Of a DNA stretch of 64,000 nucleotides, positions 34,936-48,494 are shown piece by piece (positions within the stretch are counted from its first letter, which is position 1; the number at the start of each line of letters is the position of its first letter). The position numbers and the translations under genes were made by a program. A model generated the notes under the pieces. It was not told the origin of the DNA and did no database searches. It saw only the letters and a list, made by a program, of their open reading frames with translations. This DNA comes from Chara braunii (taxonomy: Eukaryota; Plantae; Charophyceae). Where the stretch lies: NCBI GenBank assembly GCA_003427395.1, contig BFEA01000010.1:2559202-2623201 (forward strand). Direction: 5' to 3'.

Positions 34936-35744
34936 AAGGGAGATGATGCGAGGTAGCCGATCCCTCATCCTACTTCATGTGCCCAGCTTCGTCCCTAGGT
35001 CTTCCCTTGCACCGGATTTCAAAAACTTAAGACTCACAGTACTAGTCTACAGCATATATGCAAAAAGCACAGACTTTGCACAAAACGAAAGATTTCAGGA
35101 AACGCAGTCTTTGTAGATCTACAGATCTGCCGATCTGCAAATTTTATCGTTTTTGTCATTTTCTCCTAAAGAGGAGAGCCAAAAACCAGAGGCTTGCATT
35201 TTGTAACCTAAACAAAGTCAGAATAAGTCTTATTTTGGTGAGCTCACTTTCTGTGCCCTATGGAAGCATCCCACCAAATTTGGTTGGATTCCGTTATCGT
35301 TTGCCGATACTTGCCGTTTTCGGGCGTTGTCCGGGCCTCAAGGCGAACAATTCGGTGAAGTCCATTTTCCGTTTTTGCAGGAAAATGGACTCAGATGACC
35401 TGCAGGTTTCGCAGGTCATCTATTTATGCCTAGGATATGAGGTATCGGTCGCATTGACCCCTTAGTCCCATCTTTGGGCCGGCCCGTGCTCCGGAGGTTG
35501 ACTGACGGTTTTTCAGCAACAGCAACCGCAGCAAGTGACTTGGTTGGTCAGCAGCAGTAGCAGTAAAAATTGCTATGCACAGCAACAACAACAATCAACA
35601 GTCCTGGCAAAGAAATACGCATTCTCCTTACCCCTACTTGCCACGTTCGATTAGAACACGGGGGGTCCTACTAGGCTATGTGTATATGAAGTCGGCTGAA
35701 TCGGTCTAACACCACGTGTGTTAGATCGACAAGACAAGACTAAG

Positions 35745-38368
35745 ACTAGTGAGAACACATGCATGTGAGTAGTGGAACAGCCAAGTATGAATCGGACAAT
35801 CACCAAATGCATGAACTTGACAAGGTGCGCGTATGACTAGAGATAACACATGCACATGAGTAGTGGAACAGCCAAGTATGACTCGAACAATAACCAAATG
35901 CATGAACTTGATAAAGTGAGAGTGTGACTAGAGAGAACACATGCACATGAGTACTCGAATAGCTAAGTATGAACCGGACATCACCAAGTGCATCAACTTG
36001 ACAAAATGAGAGTGTGACTAGTGAGAACACATGCACATAAGTAGTGGAACAACCAATTGTGAATCGGACATCACCAAGTCAATGAACTTGACAAAATGAG
36101 AGTGTGACTAGTGAGAACACATGCACGTTAGTAGTGGAATAACCAAGTGTAAATCGGACATCACCAAGTGCATGAACTTNNNNNNNNNNNNNNNNNNNNN
36201 NNNNNNNNNNNNNNNNNNNNNNNNNNNNNNNNNNNNNNNNNNNNNNNNNNNNNNNNNNNNNNNNNNNNNNNNNNNNNNNNNNNNNNNNNNNNNNNNNNNN
36301 NNNNNNNNNNNNNNNNNNNNNNNNNNNNNNNNNNNNNNNGCACATGAGTAGTGGAACAGCCAAGTGTGAATCGGACACTCACCAAATGCATCAACTTGAC
36401 AAAATGAGAGTGTGACTAGTGAGAACACATGCACATGAGTAGTGGAACAACCAAGTGTGAATCGGATATCACCAAATGCATGAACTTGACAAAATGAGAG
36501 TGTGACTAGTTAGAACACATGCACATGAGTAGTGGAACAACCAAGTGTGAATCGGACAATCACCAAGTGCATGAACTTGACAAAATGAGAGTGTGACTAG
36601 AGGGAACACATGCACATGAGTAGTGGAACAACCAAGTGTGAATCGGACATCACTAAATGCATGAACTTGACAAAATGAGAATGTGACTAGTGAGAACACA
36701 TGCACATGAGTAGTGGAACAACCAATTATGAATTGGACAATCACCAAATGCATGAACTTGACAAAATGAGAATGTTAATTGTGGAAACACATGCACATGA
36801 GTAGTGGAACAGCTAACTATGAATCGGATTATCACCAAGTGCATGAACTTGAAAAAATTGACAGTGTGACTAGAGGGAACACATGCACATGAGTAGTGGG
36901 GCAGCCAAGTGTGAATCTGACATCACCAAACGCATGAACTTGACAAAGTGAGAGTGTGACTAGAGAGAACACATCCACACGACTAGTGGAACAGCCAAGT
37001 ATGAATCGGACAATCACCAAATGCATGAACTTGAGAAAATGAGAGTGTGACTAGTGGGAACACATGCACATGAGTAGTGGAATAACTAAGTATGAATCAG
37101 ACTATCACCAAGTAAGGGATGGGCCACACATGTGAGTGAGACTTGTTCAAACACATGCATGGGGCTCATGTAAGCAACCAAGAATAAAACGGAACATCAT
37201 CATGTGAGAGATGAGCCATACATGTGAGTGAGAGTTGCTCTAACACATCCATGGGGCTCATGTAAGCAACCAAGATTGAAACGGAACATCATCATGTGAG
37301 AGATGAGCCATACATGTGAGTGAGACTTGCTCAAACAAATGCATGGGGCTCATGTACGCAACTAAGATTGAAACGGAACATCATCATGTGAGAGATGAGC
37401 CACACATGTGAGTGAGACTTGCTCAAACACATGCATGGGGCGCATGTAAGCAACCAAGATTGAAATGGAACATCATCATGTGAGGGATGAGCCACACATG
37501 TGAGTGAGACTCACTCAAACACATGCATAAAACTCACCTAACCAACCAAGAATGAAACGGAGCATCATCATATGAGAGATGAGTCACACACGTGAGTGAA
37601 ACTTGTTCAAACATATGCATGGAGCTCATGTAACCAACCAAGAATGAAACGGAACATCATCATGTGAGAGGACTGAGCTAAGTAAGTGAAAAGAGTCATC
37701 AAAGCACTATCATAACTGAAAAGCAAAGTTGAGATTTGTTCCAAAGTGAGGAAATGGAGAGAAAGTGAGAAAAAAGTGAGTGAAGTTCACTCAAATGCAT
37801 TAAATCACAAGGTGGGAAGTGATGACTCACCTGGGGGTGAAAAAATCGATTAAACAAGAGTGAAATCATCATAAAAACACTAAATCAAGCATAAACAAGA
37901 GTTGCGATTTGCTCCAAAGTGAGAAAATTGAGAGAAAATGAGGGAAGAGTGGGTGAAACTCACTCAAATGCATAAAATCACAAGGTGAGAAGTAGTAATT
38001 CACATGGGATTGAAGGAATGGACTAAACAAGAGTGAAATCATCATCAAAACACTAAATCAAGCATAAACAAGAGTTGCGATTTGCTCCTAAGTGAAAAAA
38101 CAGAGAGAAAGTGAGAGGTGAGTGAGTCACTCTAATGCATAAAATCACAAGGTGGAAAGTGACGACTCACATGAGAGTTAAGAATGAGCCCATGGGGAGA
38201 CTATTACTAGTGAAAAAAACTTTCTACCATCTATTCTAAGCTTTGAAAGGTTCCTATGGAGAGAGAGATGATGAAGAAAGAGAGAAAGAGAATGTAGACG
38301 AGAGACCATTGGAGAGGTAGGAGAAGGAAGATGAGAGGATGAAGATGAAGAAGAAGAGGAGGAAAAAG

Positions 38369-38399
<31 letters not shown>

Positions 38400-41300
38400 A
38401 AAAAAAAAAAAAAAAAAGGAAGAAGATGAAGAAAAAGAAAAAGAAGAAGAAGAAGGAGGAGGAGGAGGAGAAGAACAAGAACAAGAACAAGAACAAGAAG
38501 AAGTAGAAGAAGAAGAAGGAGAAGAAGAGTCTTCTTCTTTCCACTCACCTCCTTAGTATCTTGGAGTTGGAGCATCACTCTTGATGAAGCCCCCTCTTTC
38601 CTTGCACAAGTGTCACCTTAGCTATGGCTTTCTCCTTCCTCAAGCCCCTCTTATCCTTCCTCTCTCAACCTCTCCCAAGTTATTGCAAGCTTCTTCCACT
38701 ATGGTTATGGAGTCATCCCCTCTAGGAGCGTTAATGGGGCACCCTCTAGCCTCTCCTGCTTCCTCACAGCCTGGGGACTATGGTGGATCACCTCCCTAGG
38801 CCAACCTCACTACCACTACCCTCTAGACTTTCCCTTACTAGTCCACAATCTCCTCTCAGCTCCCGAACTGGCAGAGGTTCCCCTCTCCTCTCTCCAAGTG
38901 AGAGAAATGCTCATACGTGCGCACTTGGGCAGCATGGGCACTCCTCATGCAAATGTAAATGTGGCGGACTGAATCCTCAACTTATGTAGGCTGAAACAAG
39001 CACTCCGGCCAGTCCATGGACCTCCCCTTGTACCTTGAGGTGAACCGAGGTACCCCCAAGGCAAAAATCCACCATTGGGTCCTTCCAGGGGTACCTGGGC
39101 CTTATTTTGGCCAAGTACATGCAGTCCGAGTGGTTGGTACAAATTCAGATTGCCTCTTGGTCTCCTTCAACCTCTTTTTCATTTCCAAAATGCTGCCCCC
39201 TTGAGTTCCAATGCCCCAGGGGCAGCCCCACTTGAGAGAAAAAGGCTTAGTGGACCTTTTTCTCGATCTTTTCAGTTTCTACTTCAGTTTTGGTAGGCCG
39301 AGGTATTTTTTCATGCCTCGGTGCTATCTCATCGTTGGATCTGGCTGAGATTCAAGGCCAACAATATTTTGTGTCATCCCCAAGTAGTCCTTGCTTCAAA
39401 TTTGAGCCTCTAAGCTCACTTTTTCAGTTTTTGATGCATTTGTCTTCCGTTTGGGCCAAATGCACAATTTTGTCATTTTCTCTTTTTTGTTTCTTTCCAT
39501 TTTAGGCTGCAAATTTATTCTGGGGTTGGTCGTTTGAGTACACCTACCCAAAAAAGGTCATATTCCCTCTTCTATGGATCTAAATCTCAGATCCATGACC
39601 CAAAAGAAGACTGGTTATTTCCCTTTTGCATTTTCTCTCAATTTTCTGTTTTTTAATTTAGATTTTGCAGACATATTGCCCCAAGGGTCATATCTCTGCA
39701 ATCCGGATTGCCCTCTACTAAATGTGGAGGGATGAGGTCACAGTAGAGACCTGTCAGTCCCTACTGTGTCAGTCCCAATAAGCCGACACATTCTCCTTCA
39801 TTTTTTTCTCCCCCTTTGTCTCATCCTCCCTCCATCTTCTCTCCTTTTTCTTTTCTTTTCTTTTATTTCTGATGTGACAAGTGTCAAGCGGTTGTTGAGT
39901 CTTTTTCTAGACCATAGATCTTCATTCATGGCCAGATTCAGACTCTGCAGTTGACCGTTATATCTCGGATTACAATAATGAAGCCCCCATACTCAAGGGG
40001 GCTCAATTTCGCCTCCATTAACCTCAATTTTGGGCCCCCTTTGCTCCGTTTTTTTTTTGACAACCTTTTTTCCATGTTGAGCCCCTTGGGGCTCTATTTT
40101 CTTATGCCTGGCTAGTCCGAGATACCCGGACTGCTGGGCAATCCCTCCAACATCATTATTTTGCTTTTTTTTCTCTCACGGCTCTCCCACTTGATCCCAC
40201 TAGTGCTTGCACTAGTGGTGCTAATATTTTCCACCGCCTAGATCTTTTAATCTCGACGGTGCCGTTTACTTTGTGTGACCATTTCTTATGTTGCCTCATG
40301 GTTCCCTTGGGACATCTCAAGTCCCCGTCACTTTTCCTCCGTACTAGTTCCATTTTTTTTTTCCCTTGCCGGTTGTCCCGCCGACGCATGTCCCATTTTT
40401 CGGCTAATTTTATTTGTGCCTATTTAGTCCCCGACGTTGTTCCGGACGTCGTCCCATTTTTATTTTGGGACCTCCTTGCATTTGTAAGTTCCAATATCTC
40501 CTTTACAAGTGCCCCATGTGTGCCGATTATTCTTCACCGCGAGATCTCATCTCACGGTTGTCGTTTACCGTCTCTATTTGCCTCATGCCGAAATCACTCT
40601 TTTCTAGCCCTTTGGGCTTCTCATGGCTCATTTTTCCCTTGGCCTAGGCATCCTTATGCAAGCCGTTATTTCTTGGACTGCAACTGTGGTCATTTTCTTA
40701 GTCCCATAGCCCCACAACTTGCCCCAAACTGAAAGAAAATAAAGCGCTCAATTTTGAAGTGCATCCGGGCTCAATATTGGTTTCGGATGCACCTAAAACA
40801 TGTATTTCTCTTTTCCCATGCAATCTGTTGTATCTCGGTTGTATGGGGCCTTGATTTTTCTTGTTTTTTCTGCAAAATCAAGAGAAAATCAATGTTATTT
40901 GCAACCGCCAAATTCCATAATGTATCTAGTCACAGATGCATCTCCCCAAGTGACCATTTTTTACCGTTAAGGTTTTTTTACCTTTTCTTTTCTTTTTTCT
41001 TCCCTCCTTTATCGGAAAGTAGGGACCTTCCAGTCCTTATTTATGGCAGTCTCTACTGACGGTCAACTCACTCACTCTCTCTCACTCTTTTTATCTTATT
41101 CTCCCACATTTTTCTTTTTTTCTTTTTCTTTTTCCAGCATGCCAAGTGTCAAGTGACCGTTAAGGCCCTTTTCTAGGCCCTTCCTTTTAGTTTTGACCCT
41201 CCCTATGCCCATGCAGTCCATTAGGAGAGCTTCCTTTTATCTCTATTTCTCGCACACAGTAGCCCCTCCTACTCCGATTTTCTCCCGGAGGCCTATTTTC

Positions 41301-42329
41301 CACATGGAGTCTCTTTTGACTCTATTTTGTTGAGGGAGGCTGATCCGAGATTTTTCGGATTGCTCCCATGTCTCCCCTTATATGGTTCTTTACTTTTTCT
41401 CTTTCCTTTTGGCCAAGCACTAGTGGTGCTAATATTCTTGGTCATCAAGATCCCGATCTTGATGGTGCATCTTGTTTTAATTGTGATCCCCTCATGCCGC
41501 TCCGCCGCTTCTCTTGAGACCTTCTCATGTCCCCGCCACTTGTCCCGTCGGTGGTCCCCGACACTTTGTCCCACCGATGGTTCCTGACACTTTGTCTCGC
41601 CGGTGGTCCCCGACACTTTGTCCCGCCGGTGGTCCCCGACACTTAATCCCGCCGGTGGTCCCCGACACTTTGTCCCGCCGGTGGTCCCCGATAGTTTGTC
41701 CCTCCGGTGATCCCCAACCCTTTTTGTCCCGCCGGTGGTCCCCGATACTTTTTATCCCGGATTCCATTATTCTTACTTAGTCTCACGTGGTCCCTGGTGC
41801 CTTTCCTCAAGGTGTCTCATGTTCTTTTGGTGTCTACCGCCCTATGGTGGCCCCTTTCCCTTGCCTTTTCTCGGGCCTTGCACACGCCGGTTTCTCCGGC
41901 CGCGGAGCCTCCAATCCGTGGTTTCCGTTAGTTGTCATTGGCGGCCCCCATGTTGGGCCCTTATTTTCTTGCGTCCCGCGGCCACCAGGGCTATTCACCT
42001 CTCGCCCTCCCGATTCTTTTGTCATCCGTCGTGCCGCGCTTGCTAGGTTAATGGCCCCTCGGGTCATTGTCATGGCGAGTTCAGATGACCCTCATGGCCC
42101 CATGCTATGCTCCTATGTGTCCGTGTCCCATCCCTTACTTGCTTGTCGTTGCCGGTTCTTTCTCCCTGCGGTACTCAGCCCAGGGCATCACTCCTCCCGG
42201 TGGTCCCATCCTAGTCCTTTGTCTTTTATCTCCCTCTTGTCTCCTTACTCCAGATTTCTCGTGCACAACCTAGCTATATATCGGCTCTCAAGTGTCGGGA
42301 CGTTATTCAGGACCCACAGGTCTCGACAC
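35745..42329 (-). mobile_element. Family A copy 3: 3' non-coding region only, with arrays F (35745-37112), E (37120-37670), D (37720-38200) and C (41530-41760)
   Basis: Inverted homologue of ~8800-16700; 39955-42329 is a direct homologue of 18246-20600. Confidence 0.88.
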
Positions 42330-44015
42330 CGGTTTGGGTGCCACCTTCCCTGTCTGGGGGGGTGACCGACTAAAACGCGGACGGTTAGGCGGGGGACCTC
42401 CCCTTCCTCCCGCTTGGCGGTTGCCGTTGCCGCCAACCCCCTGGCCGCCCTGTCCTCGGCCACCTGGGGCCCGGCCATTCTGGTCGGACCGTTGTCCTCC
42501 TCCTTGTGGCCTCCCTCCGACCTCAACAGCAGCGTAGGTTCTCCTCTAGCCTGCGCCGCTGTTCTGCTCCTCCAGTCCCCACTCAATATCAGAGTAGGGA
42601 ACCTCGCCAGCACCACTTTCCTCCATTGTTCGAATTAAACTATCTTTGGCCTTGATTTGACCCGAGATGGTGTGTCCCTTCCACGTTTTTCCCTTTGAGA
42701 GATCTTTGTGCCAGAACGTGGTAACTGGCGACGCTTGGGCGGCAAATGCAACTGTCTCCCAACTAAGTGTATCATAAGTCATGCCCTGTTAATTCTTTTA
42801 TTCGAAGAAGTGTCCCTTTATATTTTCAGGTAGGGCACGGTAGAAGAGGTTAAGGCGCTGGGCATCGGTTACTCCATGCCCAGGGAGCCCCCGCGTCACA
42901 TCTGAGAATCGCTCCCTGAGCGATTTCAGGAACTCAGAGAGAGGTGTCAGTCTCGAATACGTCACCATATCGTTATCGCAATTTGCAGTGCGGGCAAGCG
43001 ACCTAGCAAAGCTACTCGCCTTGTCTCGAAGGGCCTAGAAGGCTACCAAAACGTGGTCCTCAGGCGTGACTCCTTGCAAGTACAAGTAGGAGTGCACGTT
43101 GGTCTCCCAGTAATCGAAATCCTCACCCTTCTTTCCAGTGAAGGGTTCGGGAAAACGAACCTTTACTTTCTCACGGCGTGGTGGGGCCGACTTCTCTTCC
43201 TTAGGAGTCGCTATCTTGGCGCACTCAATGGCGCCAGTGTAGAACTCTCTGGTTTTACTAATCGCATAATAAATGTCAGCCAGTAAGTACTTCATCATGT
43301 CACTCGCAAAATCCTTGAACCCAACGCACATTGCATCTATTTTTACTTCTAAGGTGTGAATGTACTGCCTTTGCTCGCGGTGCGCAATTAGTAACGATTC
43401 TACACTTTGGGTCGAGGTAGCGAGTTTGGTGGCTATCAAAGTTTCGGCCCCAATCTTCCCCATCTTGGCCTCCGCCGCTTTCGTGTCCTTCTCTGCCCTT
43501 TCCGCCGCTTCCAATCGTCTTACCCTCTCTTGGGACAACCGGTATGTCCATGCCATTTGTTGTTCTTCCTCCTTCGTCTTCCTCCTCACCGGGTCCCTTT
43601 CTGTCTCAATTTGTCTCCTTGCTGCTTCTCTCTCTTCCTGGGGTATGACCATCTCGGCCTCCCTGTCTTCCTCCAACTCCAAATGTGCGGCCCACTCCTG
43701 TGCAATCTTTGCAATCTCGATTTCTTTGCTTGAGCTGGCTTCCCCTCTCCTTCTCTTCAATGGTTCTTCTTCGTCTACTTCTTCTTCTTCTTTCTCCACC
43801 TCCTCTTGTATCGCCATCATCTTCTCCTCATGCTCCTTCTTCAGCTCCTCCTCTATCTGCTTCGTCTTTGCTTCTTGTTCCTCCAGCAGTGTCAGCATCT
43901 TGGTCTGCTTGATTAACTCTCACTTCTCCATTCTCTCTCGCAGAAGGGAGGCAACTCTCTCCTCTTGTTCCTTACGATAGGGGGTGCTACTAAACCCAGT
44001 CCTGGTGGTCACCAT
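42330..44015 (-). pseudogene. gag of family B (chromovirus-type), with in-frame stops and truncated at 42330
   Basis: ATG at 44015 (MVTTRTG) is in frame with ORF 43035-43898. KVRFPEPFTGKKGEDFDYWETNVHSYL is a typical retrotransposon gag motif. The C-terminus is Gly/Arg-rich. Confidence 0.85.
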
Positions 44016-44666
44016 GGAGATAGTGCACAATCAACAACAATTCCACACCTCAACACGTAGACTGAACAGGTTAACTTCTATCGAGGGGTCTTGACTCACT
44101 ACTCAGGCTAGACTTACAGTTGTATGACCACATACACAGAATCCTACTGACCTGGACAAGAGTGACAAGGAGATAGGACTGACTGACTTTGACAGACTTA
44201 GCGTCAGCAGGTACCAAGGTGAAGGTGCACAGCCACGGGGTAAGGGGATAGGCCAGGGCTTGGAGAGATGGTACCGGTTATCTTCTCGCTCCAGTTGGGT
44301 CGACGCTCCGGTCAACGGTCTTGGTCAACTCGTCGGTCAACGCTCCTGGTCAATGCCCTGGTTAACTTCGGTTAATGCCCGGTCAACACCCTTGGTCAAC
44401 TCTTGGTCAACACCCGGTCAACGTTGGTCAACTCCTAGTCAACGTCGGTCAACTCCTGGTCAACGTTGGTCAACTCCCCCGGTCAACCTTCCAACCTTCC
44501 GGCTATGGTGGACATTCTTCTTCTTCGTCAAAACCTTCATCTTTTCCACCTTGGCTATGGCTGACTTCATCTCCCGTCTTTGTCACTTTCTTCTTTCTTT
44601 TCTCTGCGACTATCTTCTTCTCGTTGGTCGTCTCTTGCCCCGAGCTTGACAGCTATGGTTGTCGTC

Positions 44667-44715
<49 letters not shown>

Positions 44716-44786
44716 AGCTTCAGCTATGGCGGCCTCTACCTTTTTCTTCACTTGCTGCAGCTCCGCCGGCGTGGACAACGGTACCT

Positions 44787-44798
44787 GCTCCGATACCA
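44787..44798 (-). promoter_or_regulatory. Primer-binding site for tRNA-iMet
   Basis: TGGTATCGGAGC on - (11/12 match to TGGTATCAGAGC), one base from LTR end ATTGCA. Confidence 0.85.
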
Positions 44799-44799
44799 A

Positions 44800-47396
44800 T
44801 GCAATTAGACTCGACTCTAGACCTTGTTCACAACATGCACACTTGAGAACCGATGGTAAAACTGAAGTCCTTCAACTGAGAAACAACAACGAACTTGTAT
44901 TAAACTCATTCTGAACGACTGTACAACTTGCGGCTATGGCCGCCGAACAATGTCTCTACCACCAGCCTCAGTCTCCCTCACTCTCGCTTGCACGCACGTA
45001 CGTGGATCACCCTGAATGTCCACGTTGCACAACCACTCACACTCTGTACATTCTGTCTACACCAACAGTTGGGCGGCTATGGCCGCCGTCGTCTTCCTCC
45101 TCCGAGCTATGGCCGCCTGTGTCTCCCTCGCTGGTTTGCTATGGTCGTTGTCTTCTTCACAGCCCACTTCCTCTCCGGGCACCTGCAGACCTCCACGCAC
45201 AAGATACCAAGGCAGCTCTTCCGCATGGCTCACAGGCGAATGAATGAATGAATGCCTGGACGCTACCTCTTTATTTATATTTTTTGGGAGGTACCCGGGC
45301 CTGCCTCAAAACGTGTGGGCATGGGCCAAAACGTGTGCCCGACGGAAGTTTCCAGACGTTTGGCCTTCTGGGCCAAAACGTGTGAAATCCACAGTGTGCT
45401 CCAGAACCTTCCCCACGTGCAGCCCCTACCCTTGGTACTTGCTGGCTGGACTGTCCTCCGACCTTCTAGATTATAGAGACCTACAGATAGATTCCAGTCC
45501 TCAACAGACTCCGTAGAGACTTCTAGAAAAGACTTCCTAAGCCTATCGGTAACAGACCTAGCTGCTAATCTACAGACCTAGGGATCAAGTCCTACTGCCC
45601 AAACTATAGACTAATCTGGGATGTGGAACAGGTCTAGGGATCGAATCCTACTCAGCACACAAGGTCTATGTACAGGTATAGGGTAGGCCTAGGGATCAAA
45701 TCTCACTCAGCACACGGGATCAATGTACAGGGTTGTGGCACCGGTCTAGGGATCGAATCTCTGTGACTGCAATGTCAGGTCAACTGGGTGAAACCGTTTC
45801 ATAGCCCCTCGAAAGTGGCCTAGACCGACAGTTGACCGAAAAGTCAACAGTCAGCTCGTGGACCCAGGCCCAGATCCGAGAAGTCAAAGTCAACACATCA
45901 GATTTCCTGGCCGTCGACCTGGAATGATCTAAGAGTGGTGAGAGGTTCCAACAGAGTCAGGCCTCAAGGAATCCAAACGGAAACTGGGACAAACCGGATC
46001 TGGGCCGTATCTGGGGCCTCACATAAACAATTCCGAAGAATCTGGGGTCTCACATGGACAGACGCTGACCCTGGATAGCGCAAGTCAACAGTATATAAGG
46101 TTGACCTCGCCACTGCTTGAGCATTCAGTTTCGCGCGTTGCTTGCGGCGTCGATGCTGCACGTGAGACTTGAGGGGAGGACGCTGGTGCCAGGCTGTTTT
46201 GTGGGCGCCAGCCAGATTGTTATGATTCTGGTTAGTATCACACCGCACAGGGAGAGATAACACAGCGGAAGACTTGACCATGCGATATGACAGGGTACAC
46301 AAAGTGCAATTCCCTCCACTCAATCCTCACAACCTGTCATAGAGAAAAGTCGAGCAGATCACATCTAGGAAACAATGAAACGATGATAGTCCAAACACAG
46401 TTATACACTGTTTATTAAACTCGGAGTCTCGAATTGTCAGGATAACTTCAGAACTACAGTGCGTTGCTCAGAAATGAGCAGCACTTCACTCCCCAACCCT
46501 GAATAACAGCCGTAACACCCCTGAGCCCCTGAAACATCAAGCGCCACCCAGATACAACCTCCTGAGGGAAGCGCCACCCTGAAACCGGCCTTTGAGGCCA
46601 AGCGCCATTCAGAGGATGAAGAAGAAGACCAGCGCACAATATCTGATGATGATGAAGTGTCGGAAGACTTCCCGGGTGGAAGTCTGCAGCAGCGCCACCA
46701 AACCCTGACAAGATGACCCCTGAGGAAGAAAGTTGCAGCTATGGCTGCAACGCCAACACCCTGGAACCCCACTCCGGAGGAGGGTCCAACAGGGCACGAA
46801 TCTCTCTCGCCTACAGTAGACCTCGATAACCCAGACCTCTGTCAGCCCCTGTGTGCTGGCAGAGTACAGCGAAGGTCCCAGCTATGGTCGACGCTCTGCA
46901 GGTTTGGCTATGCCCGTCTCCTTCCACGCTGAGCCGTCACCACTTCCGGTTCACGCGTAGCACAGCAGCGATGTACTCGGTACCAACTGCCAAAAAGCCC
47001 AGGACCAACGTCCCCATCCTATCTATACCCTAAACTAGCCTAGACACGACCTAGACCGGACTGACTGACCGACCGGTACCGTTTCTGTTTCAGCCTCTAC
47101 GACCTCTCCCTACCCAGCTATAGGCTATAGGACCGTCTATCAGTGTAGGCCCATTGAGCTTGTCTGTCCTAGGGGTAGCCCGGGTCTGCTATTCGCAGTT
47201 ACGGTAGCTGTAACAAATTCGAGTTAGTACCAGACCCATATTTCCTATATTTACAAATATGCCCCTCACGAATTTTCCTTACAGGTAGGTCTCTCGGTTA
47301 GCCCTCAGCCAAACAAAATTACGAATCTGTCCCTACCTAGAGTACAGCCTCGTCAGAGATAGGCTACAGGCAACCTGGAACCAGCAAGTCATTGCA
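44800..47396 (-). repeat. LTR of family B (2597 bp, TGCAAT...ATTGCA)
   Basis: Perfect 6-bp terminal inverted repeat; PBS abuts one end and PPT the other. Confidence 0.8.
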
Positions 47397-47398
47397 GA

Positions 47399-47411
47399 CC
47401 TACCCTCCCCC
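47399..47411 (-). promoter_or_regulatory. Polypurine tract of family B
   Basis: GGGGGAGGGTAGG overlaps the pol stop, 2 nt before TGCAAT. Confidence 0.75.
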
Positions 47412-48047
47412 GGAGCGAGGACCTCCGAGCTCGGGGCGTAGGCGTGCAGAGCGTCGAAGGGGCTCTCCCCTTTGCGCAGCCTCATATTTGAGGATAACAG
47501 ACTTTGCTGTTTTCAGAAGCTCCTTGCGAGTAAACCAACGGTCCTCAATATGGGGCTGGTAAAAAAACTTCACAAGGTACTCGTTGTCCGGGCCTGTACC
47601 ATACTCATCCTCAACTGATTCCACCTCATATCCCTTCCCAAGGATCGAGGGACCAAATTGAGGAGGCCTGTCTTAGAAATGCATCAGCTGGGACAAACAG
47701 CAGCAGCTTAGATGCATGAAAGACAGGGTACGTTTGTAGATGCAGTGGGACGTCCACGTGATAAGAGGGACCGAAAGGGTCAGCTCCCACTGTATCCAAA
47801 ACCTGCCATGGACCCATATAACACGGCAACAGCTTGGGCGAAATGTCCTCCTCTCGCGATAGCTCAGAACTGAGTACCCAGACCCAGTCACCAGTGCGAA
47901 TGGGGGATGGGCGACGATGCTTGTTAGCCTGCTGAATCATAGCCTTTTGGGCTTTGAGCAGGCTAGCTCTAGCTCGTTCGATATCCCTCTCGTACTGTCT
48001 GGTGAACGCTGCAGTCCCAAGCGTCAGTCTGGGGGTAGCCTTATTGA
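47400..48047 (-). pseudogene. Integrase C-terminus (GPY/F) plus chromodomain
   Basis: GDWVWV...KLLPCYMGPWQV...PVFHASKL, then YEVESVEDEYGTGPDNEYLVKFFYQPHIEDRWFTRKEL (chromodomain-like), with one frameshift. Confidence 0.88.
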
Positions 48048-48197
48048 GCATGGTCAAGTCTTCCGCTGTGTTATCTCTCCCTGTGCAGTGTGATACTCCT
48101 ATCCTCTCCCCTTCCTTCTGTGTATGCATGGGCATACCTGGAAGTCTCTGTGAGTGAGTGTTGGCCTTCAGGCAACAAACAACCAGAATCATAACAA
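48048..48197 (+). repeat. Inverted partial copy of 46217-46283 with an 83-bp insertion
   Basis: 48048-48097 is the reverse complement of 46234-46283 (1 mismatch); 48181-48197 is the reverse complement of 46217-46233. Confidence 0.85.
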
Positions 48198-48494
48198 GAT
48201 ACTGTAGTAGGAGAGGAGAGAGAAGGCAGCCATTGCTGGGACCATAGACGATGGCGAGGTAGTGAGGAGAGAGAGAGTGTGGGCGAGAAGTGATGTTATG
48301 TGCGCATACCTGGTCTTACCTGCTGTGACGCTGCTACTGATTCTGTTCGCTGCTGGAGGTTCATCTGCGAGGGGCTGGGTTACATCATCCACGTGTCATA
48401 CTGTGTTCAGGTTGCTGAGGGGGCAGAGGTGGGAAGCCTGCAGGAGAAGTGGGACTTGATTGCTACATTATTCTTCTCCCTCCATCTGTCTTTC

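Larger units (their letters stand above)
31710..35711. mobile_element. Unclassified LTR-like block interrupting gag of copy 2
   Basis: Abrupt start TGTCACGCAGGAT, similar to TGTCACGTAGGAT at 56847. Ends near TCTAACA. No TSD found. Contains an N gap and a minisatellite. Confidence 0.45.

Noticed and set aside
46201-46210. TGGCGCCCAC on - as a tRNA-Lys PBS
   Set aside because: Only a 10-nt match, 7 nt from the nearest CA, with no gag immediately following.
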